A stretch of 50,032 nt of DNA from Ilumatobacteraceae bacterium (GTDB taxonomy: Bacteria; Actinomycetota; Acidimicrobiia; Acidimicrobiales; Ilumatobacteraceae), in contig JALRDI010000147.1 of the NCBI GenBank assembly GCA_023257035.1, forward strand, positions 1-50,032, given 5' to 3'. The notes below the pieces were generated by a model that did no database searches, was not told the origin of the DNA, and worked only from the letters and a program-made list of their open reading frames with translations. Within the stretch, counting starts at the first letter, position 1. Every line of letters starts with the position of its first letter. The position numbers were made by a program, and so were the translations under genes. Below, piece by piece: positions 20,953 through 29,512 of the stretch.

Positions 20953-21897
20953 ATGACCATGACCATGGACGCATCCGACCAGCAGATGGGGCCAGTTACC
21001 TCACCCCGGCGGCGCCCCCGGCGTCGGCCAAAGACCAGCGACATCGTGCTCTGGACGCTCGTCGCAATTCTCCTGATCCTCACCCTGTTCCCGTTTTACT
21101 GGTCGCTACGAACGGCGTTGTCGAGCAACAGGTCGCTACCGACGAACTCGACCAGCCTCCTGCCTGGAGAGTTCTCCATCGGCGGTTTCGAGCGAGCGCT
21201 CGGCCTTGCGTCGACGGAGGAGTCGCTCGCAGCCGGCGGCTCGGGTGCCGAGATCAACTTTCTGCAAGCCCTCATGAACTCGGCAATCGTCGCAACGATG
21301 GTCACCGTTGGTCAGGTGCTGTGCTGCTCGATGGCCGCCTATGCGTTTGCACGGCTGAGGTTCCCCGGTCGAGACAAGTTGTTCTTCGTCGTCCTGACGT
21401 CATTGATGATTCCGCCGATTTTTACGCTGTTACCGAACTTCATCTTCGTTCAGCAGCGCGGGTGGTTGAACACCTATCACGGCATTGCGGCACCAACGCT
21501 TCTGATGACGCCGTTTGCGATCTTCTTCATGCGTCAGTTCTTCCTGACTATTCCGCATGAGATCGAGGAGGCTGCGTCGATCGACGGTGCGGGCCGCTTT
21601 CGGACGTTCTTCCGGATCGTGCTGCCGATGTCGGCCTCGTCGGTAACGACCCTTGCCGTGCTCACGTTCATTACCCAGTGGAACGACTACCTTTGGCCAA
21701 AGCTCGTCGGGCAGGACGAGAGCGTTCGGGTGCTCACAGCTTCTCTCGGTAACTTTCGCTCTCAGACCCCTCAGGGGACCCCCGACTGGTCTGGATTGAT
21801 GGCTGCCACGTGGGTCTCGATTATCCCGATCATCATCTTGCTGTTGCTCGTGGGCAAGCGGCTCGTCGACTCCATCCAGTTCTCCGGCATCAAGTGA
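20953..21897 (+). CDS. carbohydrate ABC transporter permease (CUT1, MalG-like)
   Basis: EAA loop IEEAASIDGAGRFRTFFRIVLPM and six TM segments. GAAGAGG SD upstream. Confidence 0.9.
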   Translation: MTMTMDASDQQMGPVTSPRRRPRRRPKTSDIVLWTLVAILLILTLFPFYWSLRTALSSNRSLPTNSTSLLPGEFSIGGFERALGLASTEESLAAGGSGAEINFLQALMNSAIVATMVTVGQVLCCSMAAYAFARLRFPGRDKLFFVVLTSLMIPPIFTLLPNFIFVQQRGWLNTYHGIAAPTLLMTPFAIFFMRQFFLTIPHEIEEAASIDGAGRFRTFFRIVLPMSASSVTTLAVLTFITQWNDYLWPKLVGQDESVRVLTASLGNFRSQTPQGTPDWSGLMAATWVSIIPIIILLLLVGKRLVDSIQFSGIK

Positions 21898-22175
21898 TCC
21901 CGATGACCGACCTATCCACATACAACGACCTGTTCGCCATCGGGGTACTTCGCGCCTCTACCAAAGCCGCTGTCGAACGTGCCGGACTTTGGCGGCAAGC
22001 GGCCCAGTTGCTCGACCGTATCGCTCGCTGTCAGACCTCATCACGTGCAGTGATTGAGGCCCCAGCGTTTTTGCAAATTCGTGAGTCACCGGCCTCGCCG
22101 GCGACTCGTCCAGATTTCCGCGACCACGTTGCGGGGAGGGTCACCGGTCCCGAACCGGCCTAAAAGGAGGAAAAC

Positions 22176-23564
22176 ATGAGGGGGAAGATTCCCGCACTTC
22201 TCACTGTTGCTGCGCTTACTATTGCGGCGTGCGGTGGGGATAATGACAGCAGCGAGCCAGCTGCCGACGAACCCGCGGCCGCCGATGAGGCGGCCTCCGA
22301 TGAGCCGGCAGCTTCAGGTGACGCTGTGTCGATTCGCTACTCGCTATGGGACGCGAACCAGCTGCCCGGATACGAGTCGTGCGCCACTGCGTTTAACGAT
22401 GCCAACCCGGGTATCAGCGTCGAGGTCGAGCAGCTTGGCTGGGACGACTACTGGACCGGCATCACGACCGGATTCGTGTCGGGCACGGCACCCGACGTGT
22501 TCACCAACCACCTCGCGCGTTACCCCGAGTTTGCCGAGACCGAGCAGATTCTGGCGCTGAACGACTACATTGACGCCGACAGCGTCGACACCTCGATCTA
22601 CTTCCCGGGCCTCGTCAATCTGTGGGCGCGCCCTGACGGCAACCAGTACGGCCTGCCGAAGGACTGGGACACGATTGCGCTTACCGTGAACAACACCATG
22701 CTGGCTGACGCTGGCATCGACTCGGCCACCTTGACCAACCTCACCTGGAACCCGCAGGACGGCGGCACCTTCGAGGAGCTCATCGCTGCACTGTCGGTCG
22801 ACGCCAACGGCGTCCGTGGTAACGAAGAGGGTTTCGACGCCTCCAATGTTGCCGTGTTCGGGTTCGGCCTGGTCGGTACAGGTGGTGGCAACGGTCAGAC
22901 CGAGTGGAGCTGGCTCGCCGCATCTAACGGCTGGACGTTCATGGATCAGCCGTTCTGGGGTACCGAGTTCAACTACGACGACCCGGCATTCGTCGAGACC
23001 ATTGACTGGATCAAGAGCGTGATCGCAAAGGGTTACGCCCCGCCATTTGAGGTCTTCTCGGCAACAGGTCACAATGACCTGTTCAAGGCCGGCCAGACGG
23101 CGACCACGTCGCTCGGTTCGTGGGAGATCGGCGACATTCTCGCAGCGGAGTTTGAGACCACGTTCTTCCCGACCCCAGTCGGTCCGACCGGCGACCGGTC
23201 GTCGATGTTTAACGGCCTTGCCGACTCCATCTCGGCCAGTACCGAGCATCCGGACGAGGCCTGGGAATGGGTCAAGTTCCTCGCCTCGGCCGATTGCCAG
23301 AACCTGGTTGCGGAAACAGCGGTCATCTTCCCGGCAATCCCAGAGGCGGCCGAGACGGTTAAGAACGTCCGTGCCGGCCAGGGCGTTGACGTGAGCGCCT
23401 TCACGGTCCACGTCGAGAACGGCACTACGTTCACGTTCCCGATCGCCGACTACGCGGCCGATCGCGACGCGATCATGGGTCCGGCAATGCAGGACATCTT
23501 CACTGGCGCCGACACTGCGTCGACGCTGGCCGATGCCAACGCTGAGGTCAACGACCTCTTCTGA
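22176..23564 (+). CDS. sugar ABC transporter substrate-binding lipoprotein
   Basis: Strong AAGGAGG SD, signal peptide with lipobox LTIAAC, a DEPAA-type low-complexity tether, then a family-1 extracellular solute-binding fold. Confidence 0.9.
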   Translation: MRGKIPALLTVAALTIAACGGDNDSSEPAADEPAAADEAASDEPAASGDAVSIRYSLWDANQLPGYESCATAFNDANPGISVEVEQLGWDDYWTGITTGFVSGTAPDVFTNHLARYPEFAETEQILALNDYIDADSVDTSIYFPGLVNLWARPDGNQYGLPKDWDTIALTVNNTMLADAGIDSATLTNLTWNPQDGGTFEELIAALSVDANGVRGNEEGFDASNVAVFGFGLVGTGGGNGQTEWSWLAASNGWTFMDQPFWGTEFNYDDPAFVETIDWIKSVIAKGYAPPFEVFSATGHNDLFKAGQTATTSLGSWEIGDILAAEFETTFFPTPVGPTGDRSSMFNGLADSISASTEHPDEAWEWVKFLASADCQNLVAETAVIFPAIPEAAETVKNVRAGQGVDVSAFTVHVENGTTFTFPIADYAADRDAIMGPAMQDIFTGADTASTLADANAEVNDLF

Positions 23565-23619
23565 TCCTGTCATCAGGTTCTTCCAACTCGCGTTCAGTCT
23601 TCCGCGAGTTCCGAAGAAA

Positions 23620-23649
23620 GATGGGGTGGGGCTCAGGCCCCACCCCATC
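23620..23649 (+). terminator. stem-loop terminator after the binding-protein gene
   Basis: GATGGGGTGGGGC-TCAG-GCCCCACCCCATC, a perfect 13-bp stem, followed by GGCCGTTTTC. A second hairpin, AACTCGCG-N10-CGCGAGTT, lies at 23585-23610. Confidence 0.65.
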
Positions 23650-23820
23650 GGCCGTTTTCAGCCCTTCGACATCAGAGACCGAAATGGCTCAGATCACACC
23701 CGCTGCCGCGGGTCGCGGCGCCTGTCGACACTGGGCCGGTCTAATGGTGGGCTGAAGCACTGTGGATCGGGGCTTTTGCGTTAACGAGACAACCTGCGGT
23801 GCCAGGTTTGCGGCCGTCGA

Positions 23821-24612
23821 TCAGCGGCGAAAGGCGTCGACCTTTGTGCGCAGGAAGATGTGGACTGCTGGGATGGCCAACAGTATTTCTCCGGTGTTCC
23901 ATGTGAAGTGGGCGTCGACGCGATCAGCAGTGGTAATTCCTGGGAACCCGCAGATCATCTGCAGCTTCGGGCCTGCACTCAGGTCAAGCCAGCCGCCCTG
24001 CCCCACGATTCCGGGTAGACCCTGGGCGGTGACGTCGTCAAAGCCGAGGGCGTGAAGTTCTCGAGTGACCTGGATATACCGAACAAACATGTAGGTATGT
24101 TCGAGTGTGTGGGCAAATGCCCATGCGAAGAGCGCCCACCCCCAAAACCCTCGCATTCCCTTGGACATGAGGTAGACGACCGGGATCATTACCGACCAGT
24201 TCCACAGGAAATGGATCCACTCGGAGTTGGCGGGCGACAGTAAGCCGTTTGCCTGGCGGAGCGGCTCGTGAAGGATGTGCCGCTGCACCCACTGGGTGAC
24301 GTGCTCGACCGTGTGAAGGCCTTGCAGCGTGACCAGAGCTCCGGCGACGGCTGCGGCGCGACCGAAGCAACGGGCATCGGAGCGCCACTTGATGGTGGCC
24401 GGAACAGCCATCACGATGAGCACGAGTGCCACCGCCTGCCACAGCACCCAGTTGAAGACGACTCGGCTGACGATTGCGCTTCCGAGGGCGAGCGAGCCGC
24501 TGACTGCGATGAGCCGCAGGTGCTCGCGGGGATGGAGGATGTCGAGTATCGGAAATGATCGTGACGTCGTGTGCTCGATGGGCTCAGGGGAGGGTGTGAA
24601 GGTCAGCGTCAT
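23821..24612 (-). CDS. polytopic membrane protein with duplicated HT[VL]EH motifs (uncharacterised)
   Basis: 263 aa with about 6 hydrophobic helices. Its ATG overlaps the upstream stop (ATGA at 24609-24612). Motifs are LHTVEHVTQWVQRHILHE and AHTLEHTYMFVRYI. Confidence 0.7.
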   Translation of the reverse strand: MTLTFTPSPEPIEHTTSRSFPILDILHPREHLRLIAVSGSLALGSAIVSRVVFNWVLWQAVALVLIVMAVPATIKWRSDARCFGRAAAVAGALVTLQGLHTVEHVTQWVQRHILHEPLRQANGLLSPANSEWIHFLWNWSVMIPVVYLMSKGMRGFWGWALFAWAFAHTLEHTYMFVRYIQVTRELHALGFDDVTAQGLPGIVGQGGWLDLSAGPKLQMICGFPGITTADRVDAHFTWNTGEILLAIPAVHIFLRTKVDAFRR

Positions 24613-26297
24613 GTGCGAGTCACCTCGTAGAGGGTGTTGGATGTTGGCGCGTCGATCGTCGTTGTGGCACCGTCGGGCCAGCGGATTTCGACGTACTCAG
24701 TGGTGCGATCACCCAGCCCGATGTGCAGGGTGGTGGGTGTCCCGGACAGGTAGCCGCCACCCGAGCGGACGGTTCGGACGAGATGCTGGTCGCCGGTGAC
24801 GACGGTGACCGTCGCGCCGATGGCGTGCGTGTTGTCGGTATCGGGTTGCTTGAGGGCGAACTCGATCGCTGCGCCACCACACTTGCGGTTCTCGAATGCG
24901 ATTGCGGGGGAGTCGAGATTGTTCACGACGATGTCGAGCCGCCCGTCGTTGTCGAGATCAACTAGTACTGATCCGCGTCCGCTCTCGAGTGCGTCGAGAC
25001 CCCACGACTCCATACCGAAGGTGCCGTCGCCATGGTTCACGAATGTGATGTTTGGCTCAACAATCTCAGCGCCGTCGAGGTACGCAAAGGTCTCGGCGGC
25101 GATCATGCCGTTGACGACGTACAGGTCGAGGTCGGCGTCGTTGTCGAGGTCACCGAATCGTGCTGACCAGGCCCAGCCGGCTGAGTCGAGACCGGCGCGC
25201 TCCCCGGACTCCTTGAACGTGCCATCGCCCTGATTGACCTGGAGGACATTTCTAATCCGTTGGGTGTCGGCGGGGTTGTCGAGATCGTCCATCGTTGCCA
25301 TCAGCGGCAACCACTCGGAAATGACCTCGAGGCTTGTCGACGCTGGTTTCATGTCGGTGGCGAAGATCTCGTCAACGCCGTCGGCATCGATGTCGCCGGC
25401 GTCGATGCTCATGGTATGGGCGGCCATGCGGTCGAACGGCTCGATCGGAACGAGGCTTCCGTTGCCTTGGTTGCTCCACGTCATGTCGTGCATGGCGAAG
25501 TCGTTGCCAACCATGACGTCAAGCAGGCCGTCGTGGTCAAGGTCGAGCAGCGCCGTCACCAGCGCCTGAGAGTCCTCGGCGAGACGCTCGGCCTCGAAGG
25601 AATCACCGGTATCGAGGTACTGGAAAACCCCAGCACCGTCGCTGAACAGGAACGTGCTTCGGAGTTGCTGATCGAGCTCGGCATCGTACGAACCTGTGAC
25701 CAGGTCGAGGTCGCCGTCGAGATCGAGGTCGCCCCACGCCATTGAGTACGCCGGATTATTCACGCCTCGCACGAGGACCTGCTCAAACGATCGGTCGCCA
25801 AGGTTTCGGAACGCGGCGACGCCAGCACCCCGATGAGTGGTGACGATGTCGAGGCGACCGTCGGCGTCGATATCGACAAGTTGGATCGTTCTGGTGCTGC
25901 GGTCGTTCATTTGCTCGGCAGTGAATGTCCAGTCGCCTTCGTTCCAGAGGATGGTGTTCGGCCCTTCGAGATTGCCGAGCACGATGTCGGCCAACCCGTC
26001 GCCATCCAGATCGTCTGCGGCGACCCCCGACCCGTTGCTATCGAACAGCCGTGCCGGGGCGTCGCTGGCGCGGGTGGTGTGCGCGAGTTCATGCCGCACG
26101 AACACGTCGCCGGCACAGGAGCCGGGGACGAGGTCGGTCGCGGTCCAGGTCGCCAAGGCCGGTCCCGAGGTTGGTGCCGGGGCCACTGCCCCCGCCGAAC
26201 CCACACCGCTTGACGAGACAACGACCCACAGCACGGCGGAGCCCAACAGGAGACAGCCGGCCACGAGCGCCATCTGTCGTTGCATCATCCTCCCCAT
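24609..26297 (-). CDS. FG-GAP/VCBS-repeat protein with C-terminal ASPIC/UnbV domain (CRTAC1-like), secreted or membrane-anchored
   Basis: Seven or more DxDxDGxxD calcium-type repeats (DLDGDGLADIV, DIDADGRLDIV, DLDLDGDLDLV, DLDHDGLLDVM, DIDADGVDEIF, DLDNDADLDLYV, DLDNDGRLDIVVNN). The C-terminus is AIGATVTVV..Q..RTVRSGGGYLSG...EIRWPDG. The N-terminal hydrophobic segment is MALVAGCLLLGSAVLWVVV. ATG 26297, 26288 or 26285 is preferred over the TTG at 26354. Confidence 0.8.
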   Translation of the reverse strand: MGRMMQRQMALVAGCLLLGSAVLWVVVSSSGVGSAGAVAPAPTSGPALATWTATDLVPGSCAGDVFVRHELAHTTRASDAPARLFDSNGSGVAADDLDGDGLADIVLGNLEGPNTILWNEGDWTFTAEQMNDRSTRTIQLVDIDADGRLDIVTTHRGAGVAAFRNLGDRSFEQVLVRGVNNPAYSMAWGDLDLDGDLDLVTGSYDAELDQQLRSTFLFSDGAGVFQYLDTGDSFEAERLAEDSQALVTALLDLDHDGLLDVMVGNDFAMHDMTWSNQGNGSLVPIEPFDRMAAHTMSIDAGDIDADGVDEIFATDMKPASTSLEVISEWLPLMATMDDLDNPADTQRIRNVLQVNQGDGTFKESGERAGLDSAGWAWSARFGDLDNDADLDLYVVNGMIAAETFAYLDGAEIVEPNITFVNHGDGTFGMESWGLDALESGRGSVLVDLDNDGRLDIVVNNLDSPAIAFENRKCGGAAIEFALKQPDTDNTHAIGATVTVVTGDQHLVRTVRSGGGYLSGTPTTLHIGLGDRTTEYVEIRWPDGATTTIDAPTSNTLYEVTRT

Positions 26298-26360
26298 CGG
26301 TTGCAAACCGGCTGTCAGAGCGGCCTTGCACTTGACATCGATCACTATGGACAATACGTT

Positions 26361-26391
26361 GTGTCAGCGCTGACGTCAACGCTGACGTAGC
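26361..26391. promoter_or_regulatory. second copy of the tandem LacI-type operator
   Basis: GTGTCAGCGCTGACGTCAACGCTGACGTAGC is identical at 27 of 31 positions (hand alignment) to 19976-20006. It lies in the divergent region between the FG-GAP gene and the alpha-galactosidase operon. Confidence 0.65.
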
Positions 26392-26517
26392 ATTCGAGAA
26401 AAATCGTCAACGGTGTCTGCGGGGAAGCGCTAAACGCAGTCTGCCGGACGAAATGAGAAGGGTCGCGACGTAGGAAGCGACGAGACGACAAGGCGCAGGC
26501 GGCGCAAGGAAGAGAAG

Positions 26518-28647
26518 GTGGACGTGCCGGGTCGAGAAGTGCTCGCACATCTGACAGATGGAACGACGAGCGTGGTCGTGGTCGGTGACGGTGGGATGCC
26601 TGAGATCGCCTTCTGGGGCGCAGCGCTCGGCAGCGCAGATCTCGATCCAGCGTTGTTCGTCCGCCCCGTCGTCGGAGGTGGCCTCGACGTCGACCCTCCG
26701 GTGGGCCTCGTCACCGAGGCATCCGCCGGCTGGTTCGGTCGCCCCGGGATTGAGGCGTACCGCCAGGGTGGTCGCGACGCTGCTCCACGGTTCAGGGTCA
26801 CATCGTGTGAGGCCGACAGCGCCCGGTTCGTCGTCGAGCTTGATGACGTCCACGCTGCGCTCCACCTCTCGGTCGAGCTGAGCCTCGACGATGCAGGAGT
26901 TCTGTCCGCTTCGGCATTGCTCCGGAACGACGGTTCCGACCCGCTTCATGTTGAAGCGCTTCGGATCAGCCTGCCTCTGCCCGAACGCGCCGGCGAGCTC
27001 CTCACCGTCGGCGGCCGTCACACGTTCGAGTTCCTCGAGCAGCGCACCCCTTGGGACCGAAGTTGCATCACCGTCGAGAACCGTCGCGGCAAGACTTCTC
27101 ATGAGCGCCTCCCTGTGGTCGTCGCTGGCACTTCAGGCTTCGGAGAGCATCACGGCGAGGTCTGGGGCTGCCACCTCGGTTGGAGCGGCAACTATGAACT
27201 CGTGTGCGACGCAGTCACCGACGGTCGTCGGGTCATCCAAGCCGGCGAGTTGCTGCTCGCGGGTGAAATTGAGCTCGCACCAGGCGAGTACTACGCAACA
27301 CCAGCGGTGCATGGTGTCACGTCGGCAACGGGCCTCAACGCCATGTCAACGGCATTCCATCGTCATTTGCGAGCACGTCCGGGTCACCCATCCGCCCCGC
27401 GGCCGGTTCACCTCAACACCTGGGAGGCCGTGTACTTCAACCATGATCTGCCCACTCTCCTGTCTCTGGCCGATGCAGCCGCCCGCGTTGGTGTCGAACT
27501 GTTCGTGCTGGACGACGGCTGGTTCGGAAGCCGTCGTGACGATCACCGGGGCCTTGGTGATTGGTGGGTGTCGCCCGACGCATGGCCGGGCGGTCTCGCT
27601 CCGTTGATCACTCATGTCCGTGGGCTGGGAATGGACTTCGGGATCTGGGTAGAACCCGAAATGGTCAACCCTGATTCCGATCTCTATCGCAAGCATCCGG
27701 ACTGGGCGCTCGCCGATCAGCGTTACCCGCTTGTGCTTGGACGCAACCAGCTCGTACTCGATCTGGGTCGCGCCGAGGTGCGTGACTATCTGTTCGGCCA
27801 TCTCGACGCGCTCTTACACGACCATGACATCGCCTACCTCAAGTGGGATCACAACCGTGACCTGGTCAGCCCCGTCTCGCTTGGTCGCGCCGGGGTTCAC
27901 CGCCAGACTGTGGGTGTGTACGAACTCCTCGACCGGCTGCGCGCAGCCCATCCTGGCGTCATCATCGAGACCTGCGCGTCGGGTGGCGGTCGGGTCGACT
28001 TTGGAATCCTCGATCGAACCGACCGGGTGTGGGTCAGTGACTCGATCGACGCACTCGACCGGCTGTCGATCCAACGTGGCTTCTCACTGCTGTTCCCACC
28101 AGAGTTGATGGGTAGCCATATCGGCGCCCCCGTCACACACACCACTAAGCGCACCCATCGCCTCGGCTTCCGTGCGCTTGTCGCCCTCTTCGGTGCATTT
28201 GGGATTGAATGGAACCTGCTCGAGGCAAGCGACGACGACATCGACTATCTCGCTGAAATCGTCGAACTTCACAAGCGGTTTCGGCCGCTGCTGCACGGCG
28301 GCGAAGTGTTTCGAGCCGACCATCCCGATCCGTCGGTTCATGTTCATGGTGTCATCGCCGGCGACCGAGATGAAGCGCTACTCGCCGTCGTACGTATTGC
28401 TTCTTCGGCCACCCATCACACAGCGCCCATCCAGGTTCCGGGCCTTGACGACGACACGATGTATGAGCTCACGATGGTGACCGAGGTTGGCGAGCCACTC
28501 GGCCACGCGCGATGCCAGCCAGATTGGATTGATAGCAAGCTCGTAGCGACCGGTCGTCAGCTTCGCAACGTTGGGTTCGTTGCGCCACAGTTGTTCCCCG
28601 AAAACGGGATCCTCATCCATCTCCGAGCGGTGAGCCGGCATGGCTGA
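26518..28647 (+). CDS. alpha-galactosidase, glycoside hydrolase family 36
   Basis: 709 aa. Motifs FVLDDGWFGSRRDDHRGLGDW, YLKWDHNRD (nucleophile region) and ETCASGGGRVD (acid/base region). GTG start behind the purine-rich AAGGAAGAGAAG. Confidence 0.9.
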   Translation: MDVPGREVLAHLTDGTTSVVVVGDGGMPEIAFWGAALGSADLDPALFVRPVVGGGLDVDPPVGLVTEASAGWFGRPGIEAYRQGGRDAAPRFRVTSCEADSARFVVELDDVHAALHLSVELSLDDAGVLSASALLRNDGSDPLHVEALRISLPLPERAGELLTVGGRHTFEFLEQRTPWDRSCITVENRRGKTSHERLPVVVAGTSGFGEHHGEVWGCHLGWSGNYELVCDAVTDGRRVIQAGELLLAGEIELAPGEYYATPAVHGVTSATGLNAMSTAFHRHLRARPGHPSAPRPVHLNTWEAVYFNHDLPTLLSLADAAARVGVELFVLDDGWFGSRRDDHRGLGDWWVSPDAWPGGLAPLITHVRGLGMDFGIWVEPEMVNPDSDLYRKHPDWALADQRYPLVLGRNQLVLDLGRAEVRDYLFGHLDALLHDHDIAYLKWDHNRDLVSPVSLGRAGVHRQTVGVYELLDRLRAAHPGVIIETCASGGGRVDFGILDRTDRVWVSDSIDALDRLSIQRGFSLLFPPELMGSHIGAPVTHTTKRTHRLGFRALVALFGAFGIEWNLLEASDDDIDYLAEIVELHKRFRPLLHGGEVFRADHPDPSVHVHGVIAGDRDEALLAVVRIASSATHHTAPIQVPGLDDDTMYELTMVTEVGEPLGHARCQPDWIDSKLVATGRQLRNVGFVAPQLFPENGILIHLRAVSRHG

Positions 28648-29512
28648 GCCGTCGGGCGACTTACCAACGTTCGACACGAGGGTCGACCCCTATCTCGGCA
28701 CGACGGTACACGTGGTGAAGTCGCGCCAGTCGCGGCCCAATCTGCCGAGCCGTGGTTGCCCGTTCTGTGTTGGAGGTCTCGAGGCGCCGGAGCCTTATGA
28801 GGTGAAGGCGTTCCCTAATCGGTGGCCGGCGCTCGGCGAAGGCCGTTGCGAGGTCGTGTTGTACACGCCGGACCACGATGCGACGTTGGCCTCGATTGGC
28901 GTCGCTGGTGCCCGTCGAGTGATCGACCTGTGGGCAGAGCGAACCAAGCAGCTTCTGGCCCTCCCCGGAGTCGAGTTTGTGCTCGTGTTCGAGAACCGTG
29001 GTCCCGAGGTTGGCGCAACGATCGCCCACCCGCATGGCCAGATCTACGCCTTCGACCATGTCCCGAACCGGCCGCTTCGCCGGCTCGAGGCCGGCTGGCG
29101 CCCCGACCCCGCACCCGGTGACCGGTTGGTGATCGCTCGTCGAGGCTGGCGGGTGTGGATGCAAGAAGCGCCGGTCTACCCAATTGCGCTCAGCATCGCG
29201 CCTGATACTGAGATTGGCGACCTGCCGGGCGTCTCCGACGCGCAGCGTGACGCGCTGGCCGATGTGATCGTCGACCTGTTTGCGCGCCTTGACCGCCTGT
29301 ACGGTCAGCCGCTGCCGTACATGATGTGGATCTACCAGGCACCTCGCTCCAGCACTGGCGAGGTGTCGCCCTGGCTCAACATCGAGATTGTCTCGCCGTG
29401 GCGATCAGCCGGTGTGCAGCGCTTCGTTGCTGCTGCAGAACTCGCTACCGAGGAGTACTTCAACCCGGTCGACCCGTCAGATGTCGCAACGCGGTTGCGG
29501 GAGCTGGCGTGA
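28640..29512 (+). CDS. galT: galactose-1-phosphate uridylyltransferase (HIT family)
   Basis: Zinc motif GCPFCVGG and active-site motif IAHPHGQIYAF. Overlaps the alpha-galactosidase stop by 8 nt. Confidence 0.85.
   Translation: MAEPSGDLPTFDTRVDPYLGTTVHVVKSRQSRPNLPSRGCPFCVGGLEAPEPYEVKAFPNRWPALGEGRCEVVLYTPDHDATLASIGVAGARRVIDLWAERTKQLLALPGVEFVLVFENRGPEVGATIAHPHGQIYAFDHVPNRPLRRLEAGWRPDPAPGDRLVIARRGWRVWMQEAPVYPIALSIAPDTEIGDLPGVSDAQRDALADVIVDLFARLDRLYGQPLPYMMWIYQAPRSSTGEVSPWLNIEIVSPWRSAGVQRFVAAAELATEEYFNPVDPSDVATRLRELA

Noticed and set aside
22344-23648. 434-aa ORF antisense to the binding-protein gene. Similar long antisense or shadow ORFs occur at 29332-30543, 26407-27102, 5246-5965, 3692-4618, 41107-41922 and 16938-17420.
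   Set aside because: They are Arg/Pro/Gly/His-rich with no motifs. Each lies fully inside a confidently identified gene on the other strand or in another frame, which is typical of stop-poor shadow frames in GC-rich DNA.
29326-29508. N-terminal 61-codon extension of galK from ATG 29326.
   Set aside because: It lies inside galT and is Cys/Arg-rich. The galactokinase signature begins right after GTG 29509, which overlaps the galT stop as GTGA.
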